Assembly (NCBI GenBank): GCA_043778225.1
Contig: JAYWGM010000011.1
Location: 1 to 43,533, forward strand
Source: Deinococcales bacterium
GTDB lineage: Bacteria; Deinococcota; Deinococci; Deinococcales; JAAFIG01
Direction: 5' to 3'
DNA length: 43,533 nucleotides
Under the pieces are notes generated by a model that was not told the origin of the DNA, ran no database searches, and saw only the letters and a list, made by a program, of their open reading frames with translations. This document shows, piece by piece, positions 1 to 10,841 of the stretch (its first letter is position 1; each line of letters opens with the position of its first letter). The position numbers and the translations under genes are program-made.

Positions 1-34
1 ATTACGGCGTGAGATACGTCACCCTTACTCCTGT

Positions 35-74
35 TCTTGACCCCAAAGCGCCACCTGACGGGGCTGGGTCGCTT
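35..74. repeat. 40-bp structured dispersed mini-element, copy A
   Basis: TCTTGACCCCAAAGCGCCACCTGACGGGGCTGGGTCGCTT aligns with two copies at 23649-23726; terminal stem GACCC/GGGTC. Confidence 0.75.
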
Positions 75-79
75 AGTCG

Positions 80-112
80 GAAATGTTTTAGCAAAGAACG
101 CTAAAACATTTC
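80..112. promoter_or_regulatory. Perfect 13-bp inverted repeat abutting the kdpA Shine-Dalgarno
   Basis: GAAATGTTTTAGC (80-92) / GCTAAAACATTTC (100-112), followed by GGGGAGGT and ATG at 127. Confidence 0.55.
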
Positions 113-126
113 GGGGAGGTACTTAA

Positions 127-1872
127 ATGGATATTTTTTTATCGTATGTGCTGCTGTTTGCCTTGGCGCTGCCACTTGGTTGGTATATGGCGCGGGTCTT
201 CTCGAGTCAAAAAACGTTTTTAGATCCTGTTTTTAATTGGCTCGAGGAACTTATTTTTAGATTGTTGCGGGTTAATCCAAAACAGGGCATGACGTGGCGC
301 GGCTATGCGCTAGCACTTTTATTTAGCAATATCCCCATAGGATTATTGGCGTATTTGATTTTTGTTTTTCAGGGCAGTTTGCCTCTGAACCCCGATAACA
401 TTCCCAGTATGTCATGGGATTTAGCCCTGCACACCGCCTCGAGTTTTATCACCAACACCAATCAGCAGCATTATTCTGGTCAGGCGCAACTAAGTTACCT
501 CGCGCAGTTGGTCGCCATTGTCACAATGATGTTTGTGACTCCAGCCGCCGGTTTAGCCGCCATGGTGGCGGTGCTGCGTGGCATAACGGGCGGTCTGCGT
601 CCCGAGGGCAGCATCAGTGCAATTCCAGCCGCTAATCTGGGCAATTACTATGTCGATGTGACCAAAGCCTTAACTCGAGTCTTGCTGCCGCTCAGTCTGG
701 TGCTGGCACTGCTTTTAACTTGGCAGGGCGTTCCGAGTACCTTTGATGGTGCAAAAACCGCAACCTTACTCGAGCCAAATAGCGAAATCACCAGCCAGAC
801 CATTCCCGTTGGACCTGTCGCGGCAATGGTGGCGATTAAGCAACTTGGTACAAATGGTGGTGGTTGGTATGGACCCAACAGTGCTGTGCCACTCGAGAAT
901 CCAACGCCATTCAGTAATTTATTGCAAATGATTAGTTTACTGCTGATTCCAGTCGCCAGTATTTTTATGGTTGGTTTTTTTACCAAACGCCCAAGTTTTG
1001 GTATTTCTATCATGGGGATTATGGTACTGCTCAGCGCGGTACTGGCATTTTTGATTGTGCCAGCCGCTTTAGCACCCAATCCAGCTTTTGTCGGGTTAGC
1101 CGTGCAAACCCCAAATCTCGAGGGAGTCGAGCAGCGTTTTGGCACAACCCTTTCGGCGCTCTGGGCAACGTGGACAACCCAAACCAGCAACGGCAGTGTC
1201 AATGCCATGCACGACAGCCTCAACCCCTTGGCGGGGCTTGTGTCGTTGGTCGGAATGTGGCTGAACCTGACCTTTGGTGGCGACGGCGTGGGCTTTCTGA
1301 ATTTCTTTATTTACTTAACCATTGCGGTTTTTATTGCTGGCTTGATGGTTGGGCGTACTCCAGAACTCTTTGGGCGCAAAATCGAAGCTCGAGAAATGAA
1401 ATTGGCTTCGATTGGCTTACTGATTTCGCCGCTTTTAATTCTTGTGCCAAGTGCTTTAACCCTTGGAATTCCAACTTTAGCCGCCAATTCTAATCCCGGT
1501 TTTCATGGGTTGACTCAAGTGGTCTATGAATTCTCGAGCGCCACGGCGAATAACGGTTCGGGCTTTGAAGGTTTGGGCGACAACACCGTTTGGTGGAATG
1601 TGATGACTTCGGTCTGTTTAATTCTGGCGCGGTTTATTCCGATTATTGTGCCTTTGGCAATTGCTGGGTTTCTTGGGGCTAAAAAAGCTGCGCCAGCCAG
1701 TGCTGGGACGTTGCGGGTGGATACGCCAATTTTTGCGGTTACGACTTTAAGCGTGATTCTGATTGTCGGAGCGCTTTCGTACTTCCCGTTGGCGGTCATG
1801 GGTCCAATCGCCGAACAACTAACCCTTGGGCAACCCCTGCCGCAATCTGTTCCACTCGAGGGCGTGAAATAA
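127..1872 (+). CDS. kdpA: K+-transporting ATPase subunit A
   Basis: [31 protein letters not shown] and [12 protein letters not shown] pore-loop motifs; SD GGAGGT. Confidence 0.97.
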   Translation: MDIFLSYVLLFALALPLGWYMARVFSSQKTFLDPVFNWLEELIFRLLRVNPKQGMTWRGYALALLFSNIPIGLLAYLIFVFQGSLPLNPDNIPSMSWDLALHTASSFITNTNQQHYSGQAQLSYLAQLVAIVTMMFVTPAAGLAAMVAVLRGITGGLRPEGSISAIPAANLGNYYVDVTKALTRVLLPLSLVLALLLTWQGVPSTFDGAKTATLLEPNSEITSQTIPVGPVAAMVAIKQLGTNGGGWYGPNSAVPLENPTPFSNLLQMISLLLIPVASIFMVGFFTKRPSFGISIMGIMVLLSAVLAFLIVPAALAPNPAFVGLAVQTPNLEGVEQRFGTTLSALWATWTTQTSNGSVNAMHDSLNPLAGLVSLVGMWLNLTFGGDGVGFLNFFIYLTIAVFIAGLMVGRTPELFGRKIEAREMKLASIGLLISPLLILVPSALTLGIPTLAANSNPGFHGLTQVVYEFSSATANNGSGFEGLGDNTVWWNVMTSVCLILARFIPIIVPLAIAGFLGAKKAAPASAGTLRVDTPIFAVTTLSVILIVGALSYFPLAVMGPIAEQLTLGQPLPQSVPLEGVK

Positions 1873-3929
1873 TGCAACCGACTGTTAAGAACCGCCGTGC
1901 CGCCGCGATTATCCCCGAAGGTAAACTGGGTGGGTTAATTTTTGAAAGTGCCAAAAAACTCAATCCGATTTATTTGGCAAAAAACCCCGTGATGTTTATT
2001 GTGCTGATTGGTACAGTTGTGACACTTTTTTTGACTTTTCAGAAATTGTTTTCGGGTCAGACTTTTGCCTACGAACTGATTATTACTATCCTGTTGCTGC
2101 TGACCGTTTTATTTGCGACTTTTGCCGAAAGTGTCGCCGAGGCTCGCGGCAAAGCCCAAGCTGCCAGTCTGCGTTCAGCTCGAGCCGATACGCCCGCTCA
2201 TCGGTTGCTCGAGAATGGCAGCACTGAACTCGTCTCGAGTACCAGCTTAAAACAATTTGATTTGGTGCTTGTTTCAGTCGGGCAGTTAATTCCAGCCGAT
2301 GGCGAAATTGTGGCTGGTCTGGCAATGGTCGATGAAAGCGCGATTACGGGCGAATCTGCGCCAGTCTTGCGCGAAGCTGGCGGTGATTTCTCGAGCGTCA
2401 CGGGTGGCACAAAAGTGATTTCTGACCAGATTACCGTTAAAATCACCAATTTGCCCGGCGAGAGTTTTCTTGACCGCATGATTGCTTTGGTTGAGGGCGC
2501 AAACCGTCAGAAAACCCCAAACGAAATTGCACTGGGTATTTTATTGGCTGGCTTTACCCTGATTTTTGTGCTGGTGGTGGTGACACTCTTGCCACTGGCG
2601 GCTTTTATTGGCGTGAGGCTCGAGGTCACAACACTGGTGGCACTGCTGGTCTGTCTTATTCCCACCACGATTGGTGGTTTACTGCCCGCGATTGGCATTG
2701 CTGGCATGGACAGGGCGCTCCGAGCCAACATCATCGCTAAGTCCGGACGCGCCGTTGAAGTGGCTGGCGACATTGACACGCTGTTGCTCGACAAGACTGG
2801 CACGATAACCCTTGGCAACCGCCAAGCCACGGCATTTTTACCTGTCTCGGGCGTAACCGAAGAACGCCTTGCTAAAGCGGCGCATCTCTCGAGTCTTGCC
2901 GACAATACCCCCGAAGGTAAAAGCATTGTCGAACTGGCAATTCTGCGTGGCTCGAGGGTAGATGCTGGTTTACGAGATGCGGCAGAGTTTATCGAATTTA
3001 GCGCTCAAACCCGCATGAGTGGGGTCAACTTGCCAATGGACAGCAAAGGCAACACCAAACAAATTCGCAAAGGCGCACCAGACCGCATGATGCGCTTGGT
3101 CAAAGACAGTTTTCACAATCTGCCAAAGGAACTCGAAGCCGATGTCGAAAAAGTGGCTCGAGGTGGTGGCACACCCTTAATTGTCACCGAGGACGGCGAA
3201 GCGCTGGGCGTGGTGGCACTTTCAGATATTGTCAAAAAAGGCATCAAAGAACGCTTTGCCCAACTTCGCGCCATGGGCTTACGAACTGTCATGATTACTG
3301 GCGACAACCCACTGACCGCCAAAGCGATTGCCGAAGAAGCTGGCGTGGACGACTTTCTCGCCGAAGCCACGCCAGAAGATAAAATGCGCCTAATCAAAGC
3401 CGAGCAAGCTAAAGGCAAACTGGTCGCCATGATGGGCGACGGCACAAACGACGCGCCCGCCCTTGCCCAAGCCGATGTTGGACTTGCGATGAACAGTGGC
3501 ACACAAGCTGCCAAAGAAGCGGGTAACATGGTGGATTTGGATTCTGACCCAACAAAATTGCTCGAGGTCGTGGAAATCGGTAAGCAACTTTTAATCACTC
3601 GAGGTGCTTTAACCACTTTTAGTATTGCCAATGATGTCGCCAAATACTTTGCGATTATCCCCGCGATGTTTGCTGGCACAATTCCAGCCATGAAAGCCTT
3701 GGATATTATGCAACTCTCGAGTCCGAATAGCGCGATTCTCAGTGCTGTGATTTTTAATGCCGCCGTGATTCCGCTCCTGATTCCAGTTGCTTTACGCGGC
3801 GTTTCGTACCGCCCTATGTCTGCTGATGCCATCCTGACGCGCAATTTACTGATTTATGGATTAGGCGGCATTATCGTGCCATTTATTGGAATTAAAGCCA
3901 TAGATTTACTGGTTGGATTGGTTTTTTAA
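1872..3929 (+). CDS. kdpB: K+-transporting P-type ATPase subunit B
   Basis: DKTGT phosphorylation motif, [22 protein letters not shown] coupling to kdpA. Confidence 0.98.
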   Translation: MQPTVKNRRAAAIIPEGKLGGLIFESAKKLNPIYLAKNPVMFIVLIGTVVTLFLTFQKLFSGQTFAYELIITILLLLTVLFATFAESVAEARGKAQAASLRSARADTPAHRLLENGSTELVSSTSLKQFDLVLVSVGQLIPADGEIVAGLAMVDESAITGESAPVLREAGGDFSSVTGGTKVISDQITVKITNLPGESFLDRMIALVEGANRQKTPNEIALGILLAGFTLIFVLVVVTLLPLAAFIGVRLEVTTLVALLVCLIPTTIGGLLPAIGIAGMDRALRANIIAKSGRAVEVAGDIDTLLLDKTGTITLGNRQATAFLPVSGVTEERLAKAAHLSSLADNTPEGKSIVELAILRGSRVDAGLRDAAEFIEFSAQTRMSGVNLPMDSKGNTKQIRKGAPDRMMRLVKDSFHNLPKELEADVEKVARGGGTPLIVTEDGEALGVVALSDIVKKGIKERFAQLRAMGLRTVMITGDNPLTAKAIAEEAGVDDFLAEATPEDKMRLIKAEQAKGKLVAMMGDGTNDAPALAQADVGLAMNSGTQAAKEAGNMVDLDSDPTKLLEVVEIGKQLLITRGALTTFSIANDVAKYFAIIPAMFAGTIPAMKALDIMQLSSPNSAILSAVIFNAAVIPLLIPVALRGVSYRPMSADAILTRNLLIYGLGGIIVPFIGIKAIDLLVGLVF

Positions 3930-3937
3930 GGAGATTT

Positions 3938-4543
3938 ATGCAGAATATCAAAACGCTAGAACCAGAACTCGATTCTCGAGGCGGCAATATCGGCACTTGG
4001 CTGAGCTTTGCGCTGATCATGACGATTTTTTTTGGCTTGGTTTACCCAGTGCTGACCACGCTCTTAGGGCAAGCGATTTTTCCCTTTCAAGCCAAGGGGT
4101 CGCTGCTCGAGAAAAACGCGGCAGTGGTTGGCTCGAGTCTGATTGGGCAGTCTTTTAGCGGTGCAAAATACTTTATTGGGCGACCCTCGAGCGCAGGTAA
4201 GGGTTATGACCCAACCAGTGCCAGTGGTAGCAACTTGGCAGTCAGCAATCCAGCGTTGCGCGAACGGGCGACCGCCACTGCCCAAGAAATCGCGGCTCGA
4301 GAAGGGATAACACTCGGGCAGATTCCAGTCGATTTAATTGCCGCCAGTGGCTCGGGACTTGACCCGCACATCAGTATTGCCGCAGCCGAAATTCAAGTGG
4401 CTCGAGTTGCCAAATCCCGTAGGATTCCCGAAGATGTGGTACGCCAAGCGGTACAACAACAAACCGAACAGCCTTTGTGGGGCGTGTTCGGTTTGGCTCG
4501 AGTCAATGTGTTGCAACTCAATTTAGCACTCGATGGGCGCTAA
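3938..4543 (+). CDS. kdpC: K+-transporting ATPase subunit C
   Basis: GSSLIGQ, SGSNL, SGSGLDPHIS, RVNVLQLNLALD motifs. Confidence 0.96.
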   Translation: MQNIKTLEPELDSRGGNIGTWLSFALIMTIFFGLVYPVLTTLLGQAIFPFQAKGSLLEKNAAVVGSSLIGQSFSGAKYFIGRPSSAGKGYDPTSASGSNLAVSNPALRERATATAQEIAAREGITLGQIPVDLIAASGSGLDPHISIAAAEIQVARVAKSRRIPEDVVRQAVQQQTEQPLWGVFGLARVNVLQLNLALDGR

Positions 4544-4544
4544 A

Positions 4545-5642
4545 TTATTTGTAACTACTGACTTTTTTCTTGGTTGCCATTTCCCAGACGCTATAATCCA
4601 CGGTTTTTGCGTCTGGTTTGGCTTTCAAAACACCAAGTTCGACCAGCAAATCCACATTGGCTTTGTAGGTGGCTGGGTCAAGCAAACCAGCGTACCCTTT
4701 GAGGGTTGGACCAGCGTAGTAAAGTTTGGCAATTTCTTTCATCTGCCAAGTTTGGTGGTCCCTTGCATCTATTGAACCACTACCATTGCAGGTTTTACCG
4801 CACTTAGGTAGCACAATATCCACGGCTGCGCCTTGGTTTTGAACACTCCAATTCCAGCCTTTAATGCTGGCACGCAGTAAACGAGCAGCCACTTCTTTGC
4901 CACTCACACCAGAACCCTTAAAGTTCTTTTCGGCTAAGGTTTTTTCTGGCGCGAACATCAAATCCTCAAGCAAGTTAATACCCATATCTGGCAATGCCAT
5001 GACGTTGAGTTTACCTAGTGGGAAACCAAGCCCAACAACCTGATTGACTTCGTTATAGGTCATGGCAGATACTGCATCCACTTTGTCTGGGAAAACCAAG
5101 GCTGGGTCAAAGTTAAATGAAATTGCGGTGATGTCTGGGTTGCTAACGCTCGAGTCTAGGCTGGTGGTCATACCAGCTTTTTTGGCTAAAGCCACGATTG
5201 GCAGTTCGTTACCAAAGGGCCAAACACCAACTTTTTTACCTTTTAAGTCCGCCACGGTTTTAATTCCAGAGTCTTTTAGGGTAACTAAGGTAAAACCAGA
5301 CTTTTGGAACATCTGGGCGATATGGACAACCTTCTGACCTTTTTCGCGGTTGATTAAAAAGTCGGTAATCCAAGTTGTACCAAAGTCGGCTGCGCCAGAC
5401 AGCACCGCATTGACAGGTGGGGCATCGCCGGCAGGAACAAGCGTGACCTCCAAGCCTTCGTCCTTAAAGTAACCACGGGACACAGCCGCAAAGTAGCCAG
5501 CAAACTGAGCTTGAGGAAACCATTTGAGTTGTAACTTCACAGCAATGGGTTTTTTCATTTGCGCCTGAGCGCCACCAATCATTGCAGCCCCAGCCAAACC
5601 AGCAGTGAGAAGCGCGGCACTAACCAAAACAGCTTTCTTCAT
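4545..5642 (-). CDS. NitT/TauT (NMT1/THI5-like) ABC transporter substrate-binding protein
   Basis: Signal peptide, LQLKWFPQAQFAGYFAA motif; start moved to ATG 5642, which has SD GGAGG. Confidence 0.88.
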   Translation of the reverse strand: MKKAVLVSAALLTAGLAGAAMIGGAQAQMKKPIAVKLQLKWFPQAQFAGYFAAVSRGYFKDEGLEVTLVPAGDAPPVNAVLSGAADFGTTWITDFLINREKGQKVVHIAQMFQKSGFTLVTLKDSGIKTVADLKGKKVGVWPFGNELPIVALAKKAGMTTSLDSSVSNPDITAISFNFDPALVFPDKVDAVSAMTYNEVNQVVGLGFPLGKLNVMALPDMGINLLEDLMFAPEKTLAEKNFKGSGVSGKEVAARLLRASIKGWNWSVQNQGAAVDIVLPKCGKTCNGSGSIDARDHQTWQMKEIAKLYYAGPTLKGYAGLLDPATYKANVDLLVELGVLKAKPDAKTVDYSVWEMATKKKVSSYK

Positions 5643-5650
5643 ACATCCTC

Positions 5651-6667
5651 CTATTGAACATCGGCACGAAAAGAACTGTGCCAACCCGTGACCCGACGCT
5701 CGAGTAACGCCAGTAGATTATAAACCGTAATTCCAAGAAAACTAGCCACAACAATGGCTGCCCAAACCGTATCCAAACTAACCGTACCAATCTCGACCAC
5801 AATCCGAAAACCTAAGCCAGAACCATTTGCACCAAAAAACTCAGCCACAATCGCCGAGATTAACCCCAGTACCGCGCCAGTTTTTAAGCCCGTAAAAATA
5901 AACGGCATGGCGTTGGGGATGCGTAAATCCAAAAATGTGCGCTGTGAATTCGCCGCATAAGAACGCATTAAATCCAGATGCAATGGACTGACTTCGGCTA
6001 AACCGCGAGCCGTATTTAAGAGCATCGGAAAAAAAACTGTGATTGCCACGACCACTGCCTTTGACTGCCAATCCACGCCCATAATCCGAATAATAATCGG
6101 TGCGACCGCCACAATCGGCACGCTCGAGAACAGCGTTGCATAAGGCATTAAACCACGCTCGAGAAATGGGTAACGCTGTGTGGCGATTGCCACAACCATG
6201 CCGAGCGAGCCACCGATTAAAAACCCGACAAACGTCTCGAGTAAGGTGGTGTTGGTATCACGCAGCAAAACATTTCGGGCTTCAAAAAGTTTAATCAGCA
6301 CCGCACTTGGCGGCGGGATTTGGGCAAGCGGAATATCATAACCACGCACCAAACCCTCGACACCCAACAGCACCACGACAGCCAGTAAACCCGCCGGAAG
6401 TAAACCGACCACTTGGCGCTGTAACCAATCGGAATTGTCCTTGGCTTTAGGACGGGCTAAAAATTCTAGGACGGCACTCGAGGCAAAACCAACCCCAGCC
6501 AGACCCAAGACTGTACCCAAGTAAACCAAGAAAACCGCGCCAGAATTCCAGCCCTCGAGATTCGCGGCATTGCCTGAAATGGTGGACAGCAAAACCGCTA
6601 TACTCAGTAACAGCAGTCCAACTGCCACAAAAAAGGCTCGAGAAACTACGAACGGGTGCGCCGCCAT
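5651..6667 (-). CDS. NitT/TauT ABC transporter permease
   Basis: Multiple TM segments, PIVAVAP, LRIPNAMPFIFTGLK, AIVAEFFG. Confidence 0.9.
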   Translation of the reverse strand: MAAHPFVVSRAFFVAVGLLLLSIAVLLSTISGNAANLEGWNSGAVFLVYLGTVLGLAGVGFASSAVLEFLARPKAKDNSDWLQRQVVGLLPAGLLAVVVLLGVEGLVRGYDIPLAQIPPPSAVLIKLFEARNVLLRDTNTTLLETFVGFLIGGSLGMVVAIATQRYPFLERGLMPYATLFSSVPIVAVAPIIIRIMGVDWQSKAVVVAITVFFPMLLNTARGLAEVSPLHLDLMRSYAANSQRTFLDLRIPNAMPFIFTGLKTGAVLGLISAIVAEFFGANGSGLGFRIVVEIGTVSLDTVWAAIVVASFLGITVYNLLALLERRVTGWHSSFRADVQ

Positions 6668-7506
6668 GGAGTCACCGCCCTCTCAACCACGCCAACCAGT
6701 GCCACCAAGATAATACCCAACACCGCACTGCCAATCATCACCAGCCATAAACTCCGAGAATCCGATGCCCTCGAGTTCTCGGACAAAAGCCGTCCTAAAC
6801 CCGCATCGGTGATGGTGCTGGACTCGGAAACAATCGCCCCGATGAGCGCCCCAGTCATGGCAACCTTAAAGGCGGTAAACAAAAACGGCAGACTGGTCGG
6901 AAAACGCAACTTGGTAAAGGTCTGGCTGGCGCTGGCGTTGTAGGTTTGCATCAAGTCTACTTGCAACGGGTCTGGACTTTTCAAGCCTTTTGCCACCCCA
7001 ACGGCAATTGGAAAAAAAGCAATATAGGCACTGATAAGAACCTTGGGCAATAAACCCTGTACCCCATTACTGCCAAGCACCACCACCAGCATCGGCGCAA
7101 GCGCGATAATTGGCACGGTTTGCGAAGCCACTAACCATGGTAAAACCGCTTGTTCAAAGGCTCTCGAGACCGTCAAAAGCACCGCCAACAATAAGCCGAC
7201 CACACCCGCCAGCAACAAACCAAGCACGGCAGCCAAACCCGTAAAAAAAGCATGATACGGCACAGAATTGGGGTCGGTCGGCGGAAAATACGCCTTTGGG
7301 AAATCCTCGAGCAACTGATTTGGGGCTGGAACGACTGGCGAACGCAGGTTAAAAGCGCAGGCGATGGCATCTTTTCCGCACGGCAGTTCTGCGCCTCGAG
7401 ACAGCAAGCGCTGGGCAGCTTGGGCGTTGAGGAGAATCATGATTGGAAAAGCAAGGGCTAGGGTGATGGCAGCAACCACAAGCATTGGGATAATGGATTT
7501 GCTCAC
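6646..7506 (-). CDS. NitT/TauT ABC transporter permease
   Basis: SQTVPIIALAP, KLRFPTSLPFLFTAFK, GAIVSE. Confidence 0.9.
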   Translation of the reverse strand: MSKSIIPMLVVAAITLALAFPIMILLNAQAAQRLLSRGAELPCGKDAIACAFNLRSPVVPAPNQLLEDFPKAYFPPTDPNSVPYHAFFTGLAAVLGLLLAGVVGLLLAVLLTVSRAFEQAVLPWLVASQTVPIIALAPMLVVVLGSNGVQGLLPKVLISAYIAFFPIAVGVAKGLKSPDPLQVDLMQTYNASASQTFTKLRFPTSLPFLFTAFKVAMTGALIGAIVSESSTITDAGLGRLLSENSRASDSRSLWLVMIGSAVLGIILVALVGVVERAVTPWRRTRS

Positions 7507-8312
7507 ATCGCCTCCTCATACCCATGCCCATGACGTAAACTCTCGCGGACTAGAGTAGCAATTTCAAAAAACCGTGGCGTTTCTCGAGTCTCAAAATTGC
7601 GTGGTTGGGGTAAATCCACTTCAATCACTTTCTCAATTTTTCCCGGTCGTGGGGTCATGACCACAATTCGGGTGCTTAAAAAAACAGCTTCTGGAATGCT
7701 GTGGGTCACAAAAATAATTGTCTTGCCAGTCTCGCGCCATAACCGCAGCAACTCGAGATTGAGGTTTTCTCGAGTAATCTCGTCCAGAGCGCCAAATGGT
7801 TCGTCCATAAAAATTAGTTGTGGGTCAAATGCCAGCGCCCTTGCAATACTGGCGCGTTGCTGCATTCCGCCAGACAATTGCCATGGGTAATTGCGGGCGA
7901 ATTTCTCGAGTCCAACCAGTTTCAGCATTTTTTCGGCTCGAGTGGCGCGTTCAGTGGCGTTGTAGCCCATAATCTCGAGTGGCAACATCACATTTTGGCG
8001 CACCGTGCGCCATTCAAACAGGGCTGGAGCTTGGAAAACATAGCCGTAAGCTCGGGATTCTCGAGCCACTTTTGGGGTTTTGTTGCCAATCAAAAGTGTG
8101 CCAGAAGTCGGCTGGATTAAATCTGCCAGCAGGCGCAACAACGTGGTTTTGCCGCAACCCGAAGGTCCAATCAGCGAAATAAATTCGCCTTCCCCAATCT
8201 CGAGGTTTGCGTCCTTGAGGGCGATGGTTTCGAGGACTTGCCCGTTTGGGTCTTTGGTTTTGTAAATCATGCTGACATCCTGAACAGATACCAGTTTGGT
8301 TGAAGATGCCAT
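7503..8312 (-). CDS. NitT/TauT ABC transporter ATP-binding protein
   Basis: GPSGCGKT, LSGGMQQR, MDEPFGALD, FVTH; ATG 8312 preceded by TGGTATGTT -10 box (leaderless). Confidence 0.93.
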   Translation of the reverse strand: MASSTKLVSVQDVSMIYKTKDPNGQVLETIALKDANLEIGEGEFISLIGPSGCGKTTLLRLLADLIQPTSGTLLIGNKTPKVARESRAYGYVFQAPALFEWRTVRQNVMLPLEIMGYNATERATRAEKMLKLVGLEKFARNYPWQLSGGMQQRASIARALAFDPQLIFMDEPFGALDEITRENLNLELLRLWRETGKTIIFVTHSIPEAVFLSTRIVVMTPRPGKIEKVIEVDLPQPRNFETRETPRFFEIATLVRESLRHGHGYEEAM

Positions 8313-8331
8313 GTGCCAACATACCAAGTTT

Positions 8332-9153
8332 TTACGTGGCTGTGCCACCGATGCGCTTTGCACCTGCGTACAGATTCATTTTTTGCCCACGTAAGAAACC
8401 AATTAAAGTTAAATCAAAGTGCTTGGCAACATCTATGGCTAAACTCGAGGGAGCAGAGACGCTGGCAAGCACTGGAATTTGGGCTTGGATAGCTTTTTGG
8501 GCAATTTCAAAGCCGACTCGCCCAGACACCAATAAAATGGTTTGCTCCAGATTTTGTGGCTGCATGATTGCCCAGCCAATTAGCTTATCCACAGCGTTAT
8601 GCCGCCCGACATCTTCGCGCAATGCCAGTAAATCACCTTGGCTCGAGAACAATCCAGCCGCATGAATTCCGCCCGTACTTTCAAAAATTGTTTGTGCTGC
8701 ACGAAGTTTATCGGGTAGTGCATAGAGGGTATCTGGGGCAATTTGTACTTGGCTTTGAATCGGCTGGCAGTGCATCTCGAGGGCTTCAAGGTTGGCTTTT
8801 CCACAGACTCCACAGGCGCTTGTGGATAAAGTGTGGCGCTTATCCACAGCCACAATTAGCCCGTTGCGAAGTTTGAGATTGACGATATTAAAGCGTTGCT
8901 CGAGTTTCTTTGGCAGACAGTACGAAACTTTTGCGACATCCTCGAGTTTACTGATTATCCCTTCAGATAAGCACCAACCAAGCGCCAATTCAAAGTCATG
9001 CCCAGCCGTTCGCATTGTGGTGTAGACCGTTTGGCGTGTTCCAGCCATCTCGAGGCGCAGTTCGAGCGGTTCTTCTTGGACAACCACATCGGCTCGAGAA
9101 CGCTGGTTTAGACCGTCAAAGCTGATGACTTGTATTTTTTGACTGCCGTGCAT
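8332..9153 (-). CDS. fdhD: Formate dehydrogenase accessory sulfurtransferase
   Basis: TMRTAG, SACGVCG, TGGIHAA, EDVGRHNAVDKLIG, SAPSSLA. Confidence 0.93.
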   Translation of the reverse strand: MHGSQKIQVISFDGLNQRSRADVVVQEEPLELRLEMAGTRQTVYTTMRTAGHDFELALGWCLSEGIISKLEDVAKVSYCLPKKLEQRFNIVNLKLRNGLIVAVDKRHTLSTSACGVCGKANLEALEMHCQPIQSQVQIAPDTLYALPDKLRAAQTIFESTGGIHAAGLFSSQGDLLALREDVGRHNAVDKLIGWAIMQPQNLEQTILLVSGRVGFEIAQKAIQAQIPVLASVSAPSSLAIDVAKHFDLTLIGFLRGQKMNLYAGAKRIGGTAT

Positions 9154-9161
9154 GGTTTAGG

Positions 9162-9216
9162 ATACATCGCTTTCCATGGCTGTAGAATACATCGCTTTCC
9201 ATGGCTGTAGAATACA
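9162..9216. repeat. Perfect 25-bp tandem duplication in a divergent promoter region
   Basis: ATACATCGCTTTCCATGGCTGTAGA at 9162-9186 and 9187-9211, plus partial ATACA. Confidence 0.95.
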
Positions 9217-9219
9217 CCC

Positions 9220-9549
9220 ATGCGACCAGAATTACTCGAGGGTGCAAAACTTTTCAACCTTGGCGAATACTGGGAGGCGCACGAAGTCTGGGAAGTGCCT
9301 TGGAATGAGGCTAAGGCTCGCGGCGATTTGGGCAGCGCCAATTATATTCAAGGGCTGATTCTGCTGGCAGCGGCAATTCATAAACGCCGCCATTACGATA
9401 ATCTGGTTGGCGGGCAGCGCAACTACCAGAAAGCCCTGCGCCGACTCGAGGGCAACGACCACAGCGCCTTGGATGGTTTTGACCTCGAGTGCCTCAAAAA
9501 AGAAGTTTGGCTGGCGCTCGAGGATTTGACGATTAAGCCGCAGATTTAG
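9220..9549 (+). CDS. DUF309 family protein
   Basis: FNLGEYWEAHEVWE...QGLILLAAAIH motif; TAGAAT 6 nt before ATG. Confidence 0.85.
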   Translation: MRPELLEGAKLFNLGEYWEAHEVWEVPWNEAKARGDLGSANYIQGLILLAAAIHKRRHYDNLVGGQRNYQKALRRLEGNDHSALDGFDLECLKKEVWLALEDLTIKPQI

Positions 9550-9577
9550 GATTTGGTACAAAATAAGTTCCGTTTTT

Positions 9578-9604
9578 GTAGGGACGGACCCCCGTGTCCG
9601 TCCT
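9578..9604 (+). repeat. GTAG-family REP hairpin
   Basis: GTAG followed by 8-bp stem GGACGGAC/GTCCGTCC, lying between convergent genes. Confidence 0.65.
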
Positions 9605-9668
9605 GCCTGTAACGGGTTGGGTGGTATTCCCAAATCGGCAAGTAATGAAATCCCAAGTCCTAGGACGA

Positions 9669-10304
9669 CTATTTTTTCTTGCTGACGATATAAACCTTAA
9701 TCATTTTCGATGGCACAGCAGGTGGCTCGCCTTTGTTTAGGGCATTTAAGACTTTTTCACCCTCGAGCAAGCGCCCAAAAATTGTGTGCTTGCCGTTGAG
9801 GTGCGGGGTTGGCACAAAAGTGATAAAAAACTGACTGCCGTTGGTGGCAGGACCCGAGTTTGCCATAGCCAGCAAATATTTTTTATCAAAGGTTAATTTG
9901 GTGCGGAACTCGTCGCCAAATTTATAGCCGGGGTCGCCTGTACCCGTACCGAGTGGGTCGCCGGTTTGTGCCATAAACCCGTCAATAATGCGGTGGAAAA
10001 TAATGCCATCGTAAAATTTATTGCGTGCCAAAAAGACAAAGTTATTGACGGTCACGGGGGTGTCGTCCTCGAGTAAATCCATGACCATCCGCCCTTTGTC
10101 GGTCTCGATGACGGCGCGGTAATCGGTGTTGTCTGCCAAAACATACTTGGTGGTTTTGAAACTGGTGACTCGAGTTTTTGATAAATCTGGCTCGAGCTTA
10201 AAGCCGGCTGGAACAAATGGTTTAGCGCTTTGTGCCAAAACCCCAGAAACCGCGATGCCTGCGATGGCGATTGAACCAAGTATCCATTTATAAGAAGTTT
10301 TCAT
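9669..10304 (-). CDS. Cyclophilin-type peptidyl-prolyl isomerase with signal peptide
   Basis: FHRIIDGFMAQTGDP, LAMANSG, TNGSQFFIT, HLNGKHTIFG. Confidence 0.95.
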   Translation of the reverse strand: MKTSYKWILGSIAIAGIAVSGVLAQSAKPFVPAGFKLEPDLSKTRVTSFKTTKYVLADNTDYRAVIETDKGRMVMDLLEDDTPVTVNNFVFLARNKFYDGIIFHRIIDGFMAQTGDPLGTGTGDPGYKFGDEFRTKLTFDKKYLLAMANSGPATNGSQFFITFVPTPHLNGKHTIFGRLLEGEKVLNALNKGEPPAVPSKMIKVYIVSKKK

Positions 10305-10455
10305 CGTTTCTTATTCTACTGCTTAGGTCAAGAAGTTTTTGTAAGACCAGATGAGGAACATTTTTGCATTCTGGCTTTGGGGTGTGGCAGACTGTTCAGG
10401 AAAGTCAATATCTGATATATTTAACCTAGTTAAATAGTTTTTTAGGAGGAATCTT

Positions 10456-10839
10456 ATGTACAAAGGTCGAGAAGGTCAATGGGCGTTTTTTCTGCACCGC
10501 TTATCTGGCGTGGCTATTTTGTCGTATTTAATTCTGCACACGGTTTCCATAGGTTCAACCATGTTGGGTGCAGAAGTTTACAGCGCAGTACACAAAATCT
10601 ATGAACTGATGCCGTTTCGTTTGGGTTTGATTGCGGTGGCTGGCGCAGTGGCATACCATGCTTTTAATGGTCTTCGGATTGTGCTGATGGATTTCACCGA
10701 CTGGGGTGTGAAGTACCAACGTCAATTGTGGTACGGCTCGTTGGTGTTCGCGGCTTTGTTTATGCTTTTAACACTTTACGCCAATTTACCGCGCTTATTT
10801 CCAACGGTGTTTACCTACACCACAATTTGGGGGCAATGA
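10456..10839 (+). CDS. sdhC: Succinate dehydrogenase cytochrome b subunit
   Basis: MYKGREGQWAFFLHRLSG, YHAFNGLRI; first gene of the sdh operon. Confidence 0.92.
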   Translation: MYKGREGQWAFFLHRLSGVAILSYLILHTVSIGSTMLGAEVYSAVHKIYELMPFRLGLIAVAGAVAYHAFNGLRIVLMDFTDWGVKYQRQLWYGSLVFAALFMLLTLYANLPRLFPTVFTYTTIWGQ

Positions 10840-10841
10840 TT

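Noticed and set aside
1..126. c-di-AMP or other known riboswitch upstream of kdpA
   Set aside because: No recognisable consensus in the visible part; the structured motif recurs at an unrelated locus, so it behaves as a dispersed repeat.
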